A stretch of DNA of 64,000 nucleotides. It comes from Balanoglossus misakiensis. Taxonomy: Eukaryota; Animalia; Hemichordata. Shown one piece after another: positions 12,007 through 23,834 of the stretch. Location: the NCBI GenBank assembly GCA_040954595.2, contig CM082580.2, positions 3,400,783 to 3,464,782 of the forward strand. Reading direction: 5' to 3'. Made by a program: the position numbers and the translations under genes. Position 1 is the first letter of the stretch. Every line of letters starts with the position of its first letter. Under the pieces are notes generated by a model that had not been told where the DNA came from, searched no databases, and saw nothing but the letters and a program-made list of their open reading frames with translations.

Positions 12007-12875
12007 GGGCCTGGTCAGAATTAACAGGGGGGGGGGGAAGGCCGGTGCGATTGGGGGGAGGGTCACCATTTCTCATGCAACGGTTTGGGGGAGGGCTGCT
12101 ACATTTTGGGCACTTGTCAAGGGGAGGGTCACTAATTTTTGTGCAAGGATGACACCGATAATGTCAAAAATTTGAAGTGTTACAGAGAAATCCTGAAAAG
12201 AGACTTGCGCTCATATAGGCACTCCTGTATGGATGTATTGACATCCCTTGTACTACAAAATACATCACACAACTCACAAAACATACACATGTACCAGTAT
12301 GTGATCTTAAATCCCCTAACCCTAACCCTAACCCTAACCCTAACCCAAACCCTAACCCTAATTTCTTAAGGGAAGGGGAGCACAGTACGATATTTTACCC
12401 ATAATTCTCCATGATTTGTATCATCGAGGTTGTCCATTTAATAACTTTTTCTGTTTTAGATACTAACAATGATATGAAGTACATATAACTGTATTTATCT
12501 AGGAAAAGTATGTTGAGGAATAAGAGTGAAAATTTCAAAATAAATATTTAAAAGCCATAGGAATCAAAGTATTCATGTACTGCAAATGTCACACTTTGGA
12601 GGAAACAAGCAAATAACTAACTGAGGTGTATTTAAAAGTGGTCTACAATTTTCTGTACACATGTGAACTTTGCCTAGTTTGACTGAGTAATATCTGATTG
12701 TACAAATCAGAATGAATCATCGGATATTGTGGGGAGGGTCACTTGATTTTGTTCACGGAGAAGGGGGAGGGTCAGCATTTTTTGTGCAAGAAATCGGCGG
12801 AGGGTCAGTATTTTTCATGCATGCGGATTTTGAATCGCACCGGCCTTCCCCCTCCTGTTAATTCTGACCAGGCCA
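12007..12875. mobile_element. PIF/Harbinger-type MITE containing (TAACCC)n
   Basis: About 45-bp TIRs GGGCCTGGTCAGAATTAACAGG..AAGGCCGGTGCGATT / AATCGCACCGGCCTT..CCTGTTAATTCTGACCAGGCC. TTA on both sides (12004-12006, 12876-12878). Internal GGGGAGGGTCA repeats and about 8 telomere-type hexamers at 12314-12360. Confidence 0.75.
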
Positions 12876-14849
12876 TTATCTCTATGTTTACGTGTATATC
12901 TGATAACCAGTTTGTCAACTTATGCCAGATGTACCAGACTGTACCTTGGTTACATAATCGCTGTACGGTACATGCATATATTGAATGAAACTCGCGTCAA
13001 ACCGGCGGTGTATGCGCAAGGCGACTGTAACCACGAGAATCAACATTCTGACGCACGCACAGCAATTGAGAGAAGTCTAATTTTATGGCGATGACAGCTT
13101 AATTTATCAACTGTGAGTAAAATGTTCGGAAACGCTTACTGTCGCATACAAATAGTATTGGAAAAACGTTGCATGTTTACGCGACATCGGCATCAGATTA
13201 TTTTAGTCCCACGTACCGTTTTCAAAGTTAGGATATTTTGTTATTGAACGGTTTTGTGCGAGTTAGACAAAGGGAACCGGTAGACTAGAAGAGCTCATGG
13301 GAGGACCTGGCAGCATTCCAGCGGGAAGCCCAGCAGTCCAGCCGGAAGAGAAACCCAGTGGGGACGCGGTAAAACCACTGCAGCCTTCGGGAGAGGGTCC
13401 ATCGTCTGGACAGATGAGCCCAGGTGACACACCCCGTGGGGTATATAGAGATAGAGCCAGCGACGGCGGCCAGCAACGTAGACCAGGGTAAGCCGAGCAC
13501 CGAAGTCCCCCCCCCCCCCCCCCAAGAAAAGTATGTGGTCACTAGTAATGGAGGCAAGCGCCAACATGCCACCACCACCGCCTATGGTTCCTGCAGGCAT
13601 TAGGGGAGGGAACCGACCTGGAGAAGTCCAGCGTGAGAGTGGATATCTATGGAGTGTAATTCATGCCAAAATTAGCACACAGCTTTTCGATGAGAGTATT
13701 TGCGCTTTTCGATGAGAGTATTCACTTTTCGATCAGAGCACACAGCTTTTCGATCAGAGCACGAAGCTTTTCGATGAGAGTATTCACTTTTCGATCAGAG
13801 CACGAAGCTTTTCGATCAGAGCACGAAGCTTTTCGATGAGAGTATTCACTTTTCGATCAGAGCACGAAGCTTTTCGATCAGAGCACGAAGCTTTTCGATG
13901 AGAGTATTCACTTTTCGATCAGAGCACGAAGCTTTTCGATCAGAGTATTCGCGCTTTTCGATGAGAGTATTCACTTTTCGATCAGAGCACACAGCTTTTC
14001 GATCAGAGCACGAAGCTTTTCGATGAGAGTATTCACTTTTCGATCAGAGCACGAAGCTTTTCGATCAGAGCACACAGCTTTTCGATCAGAGCACGAAGCT
14101 TTTCGATCAGAGCACGAAGCTTTTCGATGAGAGTATTCACTTTTCGATCAGAGCACGAAGCTTTTCGATCAGAGTATTCGCGCTTTTCGATGAGAGTATT
14201 CACTTTTCGATCAGAGCACACAGCTTTTCGATCAGAGCACGAAGCTTTTCGATGAGAGTATTCACTTTTCGATCAGAGCACGAAGCTTTTCGATCAGAGC
14301 ACGAAGCTTTTCGATGAGAGTATTCACTTTTCGATCAGAGCACGAAGCTTTTCGATCAGAGTATTCGCGCTTTTCGATGAGAGTATTCACTTTTCGATCA
14401 GAGCACACAGCTTTTCGATCAGAGCACGAAGCTTTTCGATGAGAGTATTCACTTTTCGATCAGAGCACGAAGCTTTTCGATCAGAGCACGAAGCTTTTCG
14501 ATGAGAGTATTCACTTTTCGATCAGAGCACGAAGCTTTTCGATCAGAGTATTCGCGCTTTTCGATGAGAGTATTCACTTTTCCATCAGAGTATTCGCGCT
14601 TTTCGATCAGAGCACACAGCTTTTCGATCAGAGTTACCACCCCTCTTTTCAATGAGATCACCCCAGACGCCCCAGTTCACCAAAGAGTTTTTACAAGTCG
14701 GCTCGCTGGCGTTTTGCCTACGTCACAACGCGTCATGTCTACGTCACATGACGTCACTGAAATTTCCATTTAATTTATAGTAATATGCTAGGGAGATCAG
14801 TAGACCGGAAGGTCAAACTCTGACCACACGCGCGCACGCTTTGTACATT

Positions 14850-15950
14850 ATGGCGACTCCAGGCTCCTGTTCAGCTGACAAACTGAGACGAGCCAGCAGA
14901 CTTATGCAAATAGCGCAGTACCTCCTTGAAAGTTCTGATCCTGTGTCTGGTGCCGGTGGTTCTGCCAGCGGATCCGCCGGGGAGGCGACTGGAGCCAGTG
15001 GAGCTGGTCAAAGGCAGAGCCGCGCACATTCGCTTGCACCGCCAACACCAAATGCCGGGCCAAATGAAGAGCTAAGAATTCACATTTCTGTTCGTTTGAG
15101 CGTAGCGAATTAGGACAGAAATGTTTTCTTGGCGTTGGCTGTACACACCTGTGAGGGTTAATATGCTAATGTGAGTCCATATATAAATGCCTGTAAGTAG
15201 AGTGTAGTCCATTCTCGGGCGTCTTCGACCCAGCGAAACGTTTTCCCCCGTTTTTTTATGGCTTTTGCAGTTGCTAATGTTATTTTGCATAGTTAGTAAC
15301 TTTTACAGCTTTGTCATTTTTTTTCCGCACGTATTCATACGTGAAGTACCGTTCTCACTTTTGTACGATTTTTAGGTGTTGCCCTTCACCTGTGAGCATA
15401 TCAGCATTGTTTAAGGGTACAGGTTTCCCAGAGTTTTTTCCTTGCGTTAGAGGTTTTTATCTCTGGGTTTTTCCTGGACGGCTATATGCTATATTTTTCC
15501 CGTTTGGCATCAAAGTCTTTCAGTACTGTTCGACCTTTTTCTACTGTACAGGTACCGCCAGTATTGTGTTTAATTTTGGACGGCTGACTACAACTTCTTT
15601 TCGCATTATGCATTTTTTTTGTCTTCAATATGGTGATTAAACAACGGGGGTCACCGGGTAGAGGCGCCACCCCACAGTTAAAATAAAGTCTTTTGTGTTT
15701 TATTGGTCTTAGACCAGAACTTTGTTTCATTTTCCTGGGTCGAGAAGATGTGAGCAAAGCAGACCGTCTTTAAGCAATGCGAAGAAAAGAACAAAGACTA
15801 AACACCTGAGTCGGCCATGGCATACGCCAACATGGACACATAAGTTCTGCTGTTTGTCTGACACGGACTGGGAACACGTGCCCACAATCTCGGAAAAAGA
15901 AGAACTCCGGTCTATTGGACTGGGCATGAAAAAATACGTTTCTACAACGA
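14850..15950 (+). pseudogene. Internal gene remnant of the foldback element
   Basis: ORF pieces MATPGSCSADKL... and ...WTHKFCCLSDTDWEHVPTISEKEELRSIGLGMKK. The W-T-H-x-F-x-C-L...PT..EK..L...GLG-x-K motif resembles N-termini of TE-borne G2E3/HECT-like proteins as I recall them. Truncated. Confidence 0.4.
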
Positions 15951-16374
15951 CGGTGACCGTTTCGAGATCGCTATAAGACCCCCTAAGCTCACCCCAGTAG
16001 ACCTGACATACTCTCATCGAAAAGCTGTGCGTTCTCATCGAAAAGCTTTAGTGCTCTGATCGAAAAGCTGGGTGTTCTCATCGAAAAGCTAGGTGCTCTT
16101 ATCAATAAGCAGGCGCCCTCATCGTAAAGTGGGGGGACGTGGTAACTCTGATCGAAAAGCTGTGTGCTCTGATCGAAAAGTGAATACTCTCATCGAAAAG
16201 CGCGAATACTCTGATCGAAAAGCTGTGTGCTCTGATCGAAAAGTGAATACTCTCATCGAAAAGCTTCGTGCTCTGATCGAAAAGCTTCGTGCTCTGATCG
16301 AAAAGCTGTCTGCTCTGATCGAAAAGTGAATACTCTCATCGAAAAGCGCAAATACTCTGATCGAAAAGTGAATA

Positions 16375-17120
16375 CAGTAGACCCTCGCTAAGTCGCGCCT
16401 CAATAAGTCGCGGTTTCAGCTAAGTCGCGGGTTACAGTATGGCTCCCATTATTTTCTTTGTTTTTCCCCCGACATTTTGCTTTGTCGGCCACATCTCAAA
16501 ATGTTTCAGTAATTTTGTATTTCTTTGCGCGCGGCCGATCGACTGAGGCGCATCACCAGGGCCAATAAAGGTGTGAACGTGTTGCGGTATGTCAAAATGA
16601 TCGAACATGTCAATCACGGGAGTTGAGAAAATACGCAATAAAGTGGTGTCGCGGTTTGCCTTTGACGGTACGGCCAAACAATTAACGGTGCCTTTGATTA
16701 AACGTGTGATGCCAATTTTCACGATTTCTTGGCGGCACGTCTTTGCAAGAGCGCTATAAAATGTCCAAGCAATTGGAATGGTTATCATTCTGACCTCACG
16801 TTTCGAACTGAGCAGTATGTCTAAGCGAAAGTTGGCCAGCGTTTCCGTCCGCGAGAAACTTTCAGCGATCGAGCGAGTCAAGAACGGCGTAGCGAAAGCG
16901 AAGGTTGCACGTGATTTGGGTGTAGGCGAGTCCACTATCCGAGGGTGGATGAAGACCGAGGAAAAGCTGCGACAGTTTGTTTTCGAAGTCGACGAAATCG
17001 CGTTTTCAGTCAATACCCCCCCCCATCCCCCTTTTCATGGCCCCTCGTTAAGTCGCGGCCCTCGTTAAGTCGCGGTTTTCCCGATGGACCCCACACCCGC
17101 GACTTAGCGAGGGTCTACTG
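16375..17120 (+). mobile_element. Internally deleted Tigger/pogo element nested in the right arm of the foldback element
   Basis: TIR CAGTAGACCCTCGCTAAGTCGCG / CGCGACTTAGCGAGGGTCTACTG with TA TSD (16373-74, 17121-22). It retains the CENP-B/psq-type HTH MSKRKLASVSVREKLSAIERVKNGVAKAKVARDLGVGESTIRGW from 16817 but has no DDE domain. Confidence 0.9.
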
Positions 17121-17891
17121 TACTCTCATCGAAAAGCTGTGTGCTAATTTTGGCATGAATTACTCGCTCTGTCAAGTCCCGGGCTGTGGTGTGAGGACCA
17201 GGAAGTTGAAGCTGCATTGTTTTGCTTAGTCTAGAATCTATCCGTTCGTAGTCGCATTCACCCTACTACCGTCTAGGAACGCCTAACCAAAATCTAGTAA
17301 GGCCATAAAAATGGTAATTTGAATGTGAATAGTCTCTAACTGAGCAGTCTGACGTCAGAGAAGTCAATCACTTACGTTGACCGACTACTGATTGGCCGTT
17401 GATGGCATGGGTGTTTCTTCATTATTATTCATATATGCCCAATTATGGCACATGTTGCGGCTGCATTGACAATCGCAGGAAATTCGCACATGATAACAAA
17501 ACTGCGTTCTCTAACAATGTAGCGATTTGGATAAGGATTTAGATTGCTGGCAATTAACATGCTGCGTTTCCTAGAAAAACAAAATTATATACTTGTTGTG
17601 TACTTTAAAAATCCAAACACAAACAGCCATCGTTTGCCGATTTTATCGAGAGACTGAACAGTGAGCTACCTTATGAAGCTTGCCCGTCGATGTTTATATC
17701 TTGATGTTATCAGTCGTACATCCGCATTTTGTAATGTGTGGAATAGGCCGTCACAGAAGGATCGGCACTTTTCATCACGATATCATCTCTAATGAAACAA
17801 ACAGTAAAAATCAAGCGATGAACATGAAATTGATACAGAGACACGCGTGTTGTCAGCCTTTAATAGCTAGTCACTCAGTTGTACGTCAACT

Positions 17892-20241
17892 ATGGCCTCG
17901 ACTCCTACAAAAACCCCCGTGAAAAGCTACACATATCGAGTAAACGACTTCTGCCGATGTTGTGGCGACTACTTGGGTAGAGCACGCGCATGGGAGATAT
18001 TAGGGAGGCGAGATGGTGAGCCGCTCAGCGTTAGACTGGCCAAAGTTACGGGTGCCCCTGTCACTGAATCGATGGATATGCCAATCCATATGTGCGGCAA
18101 ATGTTGGCGAGATTTGCCCAAGATTGAGTACGCGCTCTTGCGACAAAAAGAATGGTACGCAAACATCACTAGACGATCAAAACAGATCGTACCAAGAGAG
18201 GCTGTAGAGAAGAAAGTGGTACAACTCAGTCGCCATTCAGAAAACGTTTGCCTACATGTATATTTCCCAAGCAGGATTTACGGGACGGCAAAACTACAAC
18301 AATCGTAAGTAAAATAATATTGATAATTAAGCCACCTTGAAACCGGTCAGTGTAAATAGACTGTGTCCATGAAAGCGCAGAGAACCCTAAAATAATTAAA
18401 TAAATGTACGAAAATGAAAAAATAAAAAATAAAAAGGGTTTCCTTACTACATGGACTATTTCCTGTAACATGCTATTTTTTTAAAACTAAGCTGAATGAC
18501 ATGCCACATTTCCCCCAAATGATATGCATGACATCATTTAATCAAGAAAATACAATAATTTTATGCAAAATAATGTAGTGTGAAAAATGATAACATAATG
18601 TAATAATGAGTAAAAAAGTTTAGGGTCAGGAGTGGGGGTTGAACTAGGGTAGGTCTGGTTACATGAAACGCACATGTATTTTAGGCCTTTAGGTACTTTA
18701 AAATCACAGTTTATATTTGATAGAGTTTTTGCCAAAAGATAAAACAGAATTTCGGGAGTGTCACTTAGCACTAAAAAAACTTGTTGATATATCATGAAAG
18801 AAAAATTCCATTGTTACAAATATTATAGATGTAGAATAGAATGAGTACTGTTGTTTTCTCTTCTTCGTCATGTCCCATATACCACATTTATAAACACGAA
18901 AAAATATTTTATTCATATTTCTGTTTTCTTCTGTACAGCAACCAACTGCTAGTCTAGAATCTATGGGTACATGGCAAGGGAAATTTGGCAACACTGTAAC
19001 TGACACCCTAGAGAAAAGTGTTGCAACAAAGATAAAACTTATTATCAACAAAGAGTGCCAACAGCTTTCAAAGAGAGACTCTCTCCTCAGGAAAATAAAA
19101 CCAGATAATATCAAGACTATCAAACTGCAACGAATGTGGGATGAACTTGATGTACACGCACCAGTCTTCAGTAGTGTACTACAAAGTGCATGTGGCAAGC
19201 CTGATGAAAATAGTTTGGCACATGTTTGCATGGCTGCATCAGTTTGTTTGAGAAGCAGGGATGCAACCATGTCAGCATTATCCCATGTGGTAAACACAGT
19301 CCTACTCAATGGCAATGCCAAAAAGAAAGTCTTTGACAGGCTTAGTAAGTTTGGTATTTCTACTTCCCATAATAAGGCTATACTAAAACAGAAAGAAATG
19401 GCGGTCGGATTTGATGATGAAATACACAAGTGGAAACAACCATTGTCAGACAAATGGGAACTTTTTCAGTTGAACACAGAACTACAATCATACCTACAAC
19501 AAAATCATCCCAATGGTGTTACACTAGAAGCTACCACAAGACAACCAAATTGTGATGTCAGTTTTGACACTATTGATGTGGATGATCTCCAGGACCTGGG
19601 GCTGTCATTTTTGTATGGTAATGAAATGTGCCATTCAAGTACTGCAGGTGATAACAATCAACAACCTGTACCAATCTACGTGTTGGACAAAAGATCCATG
19701 TTAAACACATTTCAAAGGTTCTCTGACCGCACTGTAGAGACAGCACGGGAAATCCTAGCCAAGAGCCAGTCACCAGAGTTAGTCATCACATCTGCAATTG
19801 TTCAACAGATTCTGAACTCCCTGGAATGCGAGCAGTTGCACTCATACACAATTGTTGGTGACAATTTAGATTTTTATGTCACAACAAGAGATGAAACAAG
19901 TCAACGACAAAATAAATCTATTCACTGGTTTCATCTTTATGCTGTGAAGGATCGTGTCCCATTCATCACTCTATCAACAAATCCTCAGAAACCAATCACT
20001 GAGTTTGACTTCAGTGAGGTATTGCCAGATCTAGATACACAGCAGCAGCTACAGAGAGATTTTATTCCACTGGTTACCAGAGTTATGGTAAAGTACCTAC
20101 CTGCTTTCCAGTGTTTTGCAGATGTAGTTGTCCACCACATACCCCACAAGTATAGTGAAGAAATGATCAAGAAGTCAGAACATGTAAGTAATTAGGGTTT
20201 CGAGACCAGAGGGGTCTCGAAACCCTCTTGAAATCGTGTTG

Positions 20242-20274
<33 letters not shown>

Positions 20275-21960
20275 CTTCCCACTCTTAAAAACAGCCGCTA
20301 TTCGAAGACCGTTGCACCCAATGACTTGAAATTTGGCTCATAGGTAAAACTCAAAGCAAGTAATTTTCTGATCATGTCACTATGGCAACAGGTCACATGA
20401 CCTGGCAGCCATCTTGGATTTAAACTTTTAAATTGGTCTCATTTGCATAACAAATGACGAATCCAAATTCTGTTCAGAAACTTTGTGGACCATATGGCCA
20501 GGGTCCTATATGCCAAATTTCAATGTCTAAGTCCTTGCCGATTTTGAGGAGATGATTTTTAAAGCATTATTTTTCATATTTTCCATGACCATTGGACCCA
20601 GCCATTGGCCTATACTTTCCATGGTTAAGCTATGGCCCCCTAGGATTTTAGATTTATGCCCAATATCTCAACATCCGCTGGGCTGATCAGCTTCAAATTT
20701 TGTGTGCAGCTAGCCTACCTTTCGACAATCAGTTCCAACTGAAAAAAATAATATGAAAAATCGACCGATTTTTTTATATTAATTTTTTTATGAAATCTAT
20801 ACCTATACTTATTCCACTTTACTTAAGCTATGGTCACATAGTTTTGTAGAATTCTGGTCGGTGCAAGTCTGCAGCATAGGACCAAAATAAGAAGCCAAAT
20901 TTAAGGCTCACCTGTGACACCTGCTCAACTCATTAATTATGTGCATACCTAATTCCAGGCAAACCAATAGGGCTACAGGTCTGGTTTTTGTCGGACATGG
21001 ACCAGTATGGGGTCAAATTTTTTTCCCTAACTTTGGATGTCCTTGGGTGACCTTTGACCTACTTTCACATATCTCGGCATCCAGAGCAGGTACAGCTTAG
21101 GTGTTTGGACAGACGGGACCAAAATAAGACGCCAAATTTCAGAGTCACCTATGACACCTGCCTAACTCATTAATTATGTGCATACCTAATTCCAGACAAA
21201 CCAGTAGGGCTACAGGTCTGGTTTTTGTTGGACATGGACCAGTATAGTGTAAAAATTTTCTGCTCATATTAAGCGTGACCTCACGTGACCTTTGACCTAC
21301 TTTTCCACATCTCAGCATCCACAGCACATACACCCTTGGCATTTGGAGTGATAGAACAACTAATGCAGTAATTAAATATGCACAAATCTATCTCCAGGTG
21401 AACCAATAGGGCTAGTAGTGTCTCGAAACCCGCTTATTGCTGTTCACAGCTATATTGTTTAAACTGTAATTAGGTTAGGCAGAATAACAATATGGTCCCC
21501 AGATGAATCACAGCTTCTGCTTCTCTTGACTTGGATTGTGCTACCAAAATATATCTTTTATGACAATGCAATTTCCAGTATATATGTACACTCTAGGGTG
21601 AGTAAATACAAACTAGGATTTCCAGGACCAGTATGTGTAATATCAAATTTGACAAAGATCTCATATTTTTTGTTCAATATTTTGCATTGACAGATACCTC
21701 TAGGACTTGTTTTTAAAAATGAAAATGATTCCGGTGATATGAAAGACATCCTACATGAAGTCCAGGCACATTTTGTACCAGATATACATGTAGATGGGAA
21801 GTGTGACAAATTCCCAATTGTCTTCATTGGAGACCAGCTCACAGAAGAACGGGCAAGGCATGTGCAGTGGTCCTTCACAGATGGTGATAACAGAGAAGAA
21901 AAACTACAAGGTGTTATACCTCAATTTGCTGATTGGCATGCAGTAGTAAACCTGTATGAG
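17892..21960 (+). pseudogene. Truncated intron-containing Academ(H)-type transposase (DUF6589-like) with an N-terminal C4 zinc finger
   Basis: Exon 1 has CRCC...CGKC. Exon 18939-20183 has GDNLDF..RQNKSIHWF..AVKDRV..IPHKYSEEM. It splices in phase to exon 21694-21960 (IPLG..NEN..GDQLTEERA..ADWH). The exon 1/2 phase is unresolved and the 3' part is missing. Candidate TAGTCT terminus at 17227. Confidence 0.75.
20191..21456 (+). mobile_element. Helentron-associated non-autonomous element (HINE/DINE-1-like) in the Academ intron
   Basis: 5' palindrome AGGGTTTCGAGACC..GGTCTCGAAACCCT, (TTA)n microsatellite, internal ~237-bp tandem duplication (20881/21118), 3' sub-TIR TCTCGAAACCC, then a short hairpin GCTG-TTCA-CAGC and TATATT. 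Confidence 0.7.
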
Positions 21961-22209
21961 GTAATTTTTGCTTCCATTTGCTATTGTTTTATAGCAGAGG
22001 GAACATAAGGGATATGTCTCCTTCCTTTGTTTCTCTGTCTGTCTGTCTGTATACATGCATGTCTGTGTGTGTGTGTGTCTGTATGTATGTGTGTATGTGA
22101 GTGTGTGTGTTCATAAGAAGTTCAGAACCAATACATGAATTGACCCGGTTTGCAGATGGGCGCCACCTTACAAGACAAGCCTTGATTTTTACCTTGTTTA
22201 CTTTTACAG

Positions 22210-22510
22210 AGAGTCTGTACGTGACATTATAAACATACTTCAACCAGGAAGACTGGCTGCAAAGAGATATGGGAGATTAAGAAGACGTCAATACAAACTA
22301 AAAAGGCCCTAATCATATAAGTTAAAGCCTTTTGGGATCTGCATTCATGCAGCAATCGATGGCTGGAGTTGTTGAATCGTGTGGGCTGAAGTTGGAATAA
22401 CCAACAACAACCCAATAGTAGTGGCTAAGTACTATAGTGATGCGGTAAAAAAGTTAAAAGGTGTGCCACAAGTAATCAGATTGGATCCTGGTACAGAAAA
22501 TTGTACTATT
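22210..22510 (+). pseudogene. Integrase-core (IS3EU-like) transposase fragment
   Basis: Translates RLRRRQY..GPNHI...LKPFGICIHAAIDGWSC*IVWAEVGITNNNPIVVAKYYSDAVKKLKGVPQVIRLDPGTENC, with internal stops and a deletion. Confidence 0.75.
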
Positions 22511-22843
22511 GTGACAAAACACTTTTAAGGGAACAGCACAATGATAGCTAAAATTTTGAACTGAATTGTAAGAAATTTGTTTAATTGATGAACAGCTAGA
22601 GGTCACGAAGAGTGCACCCTCTACATTTGTTAGTGTTACTCCAATCATGCTTTACTGTTATTGGATTCCCACCATTTTAGCAGTTTCCTTTTTATGGAAG
22701 CATTTTTAATGAGGCACAAATAACAGATAAATGAACGTCAACAACGATCCTGCTTTGTCTGCAAGGTTCCTCTACCAAACCACGAAGGCCCGTCAGGCAA
22801 GAATTGTCATCTGAACAGCAAAAATCCGTTTCGATATACGAAT

Positions 22844-23620
22844 ATGACAACAACTTCAAGTTCCTCTGAGGAAGATACATGTAAGGTAATGCAAACCCCA
22901 CCCACAGCCGCAGCGACCACTCTTTCATCATCGGCATCCCTTTCACCCGCAGAAAAATCGGACATGCTATTGGCCATTAAGAAAGAGAACGAGCAACTTC
23001 AGCTTGATTTACAGCTCGAGGCAGAGATTGCCAAAAGGAATCGCTGAAGCGACAGGCCAAATGTCACAATATGCAGCATCAGACAAAATCCAGTAGTCAG
23101 AAAGAAGTTTTAAGGGCAAGAAAAGCTCTTCATGTTGCCAACACTGGTGGCAAAGAATCTCACAGTTCAACGCCACATTCCACTGATAGTGATACCTCTG
23201 ACGACTCGGATGATGGGCCGAGTACAAAGACAGTCGCATCCAAAGGTAGGCAGCTCGCGTACGATCAATTCACATCTAAAAATAAGAAAAAGAAACCAAA
23301 ACTGGTTCAGCAAGGCGAGCCAGCGACCAAGTCACATACATTGTCCGCTAGCCACACGAATACCACAGTCGAATATCAGGCTCCGATTCCACTGGGGATG
23401 AGTTGACCCTATGCACAGCTGTCATTACCAGCCTTAGTACGTGGGGAACTATTCATTTTATTCAACAAAGAACCTCACCAGTATCGCCAAGCAAGAGCAG
23501 AGCATCTCACAGAAATCCTCCACTTAGCTGAATTATACATGTGGGAAGAAGTTCGTTTATATCATGCAGTGGTTTTGAAGATCATTGAATAAAAGAGTAT
23601 CTCAAGACTGGTGCGGTGAT
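22844..23620 (+). pseudogene. DIRS/Ngaro-type ORF1 (gag-like) fragment
   Basis: A Ser-rich/coiled-coil N-terminus, then YAQLSLPALVRGELFIL..AEHLTEILHLAELYMWEEVRLYHAVVLKIIE*, a pattern typical of tyrosine-recombinase retroelement ORF1. Contains stops and frameshifts. Confidence 0.5.
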
Positions 23621-23834
23621 TTTTCCTGGGTGAAGGCCAGGGAAGGAACACCAGCCAGCCAAGATATTGCGCAGAATAGGTCTGTGGCTAATTGCGGCCA
23701 AGAGAAACGCCTATCTATAATCCAGACCAACCGATTCCTTATTTGACGTTGTTTCCGTCTGTTTCGAATACCGAACCACTATAACGTATTCACTTTCTAA
23801 AATGTCGAGTGAATCTACAAGTTGGCATTTGGGT

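Larger units (their letters stand above)
13656..17163. mobile_element. Foldback-type DNA element with long inverted arms made of 20-22-bp tandem repeats (superfamily unassigned)
   Basis: Terminal IR GTAATTCATGCCAAAATTAGCACACAGCTTTTCGATGAGAGTA (13656), with its exact reverse complement ending at 17163. CTTTTCGAT(C/G)AGAG-core arrays at 13682-14633 and, inverted, at 16008-16374. No TSD visible. Confidence 0.85.

Noticed and set aside
13290-13653. GC-rich Pro/Gly ORF remnant, possibly continuing after the foldback element (CQVPGC..LKLH at ~17170)
   Set aside because: Too short and broken to assign, and continuity across the insertion is not supported by a TSD.
13682-14633. CRISPR-like array
   Set aside because: Eukaryotic context, no cas genes, and the variable parts are four recurring 6-8-bp tails rather than unique spacers.
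14033-14773. Repetitive ORFs (LIEKLRA..., FRSEH...)
   Set aside because: By-products of the ~21-bp repeat period.
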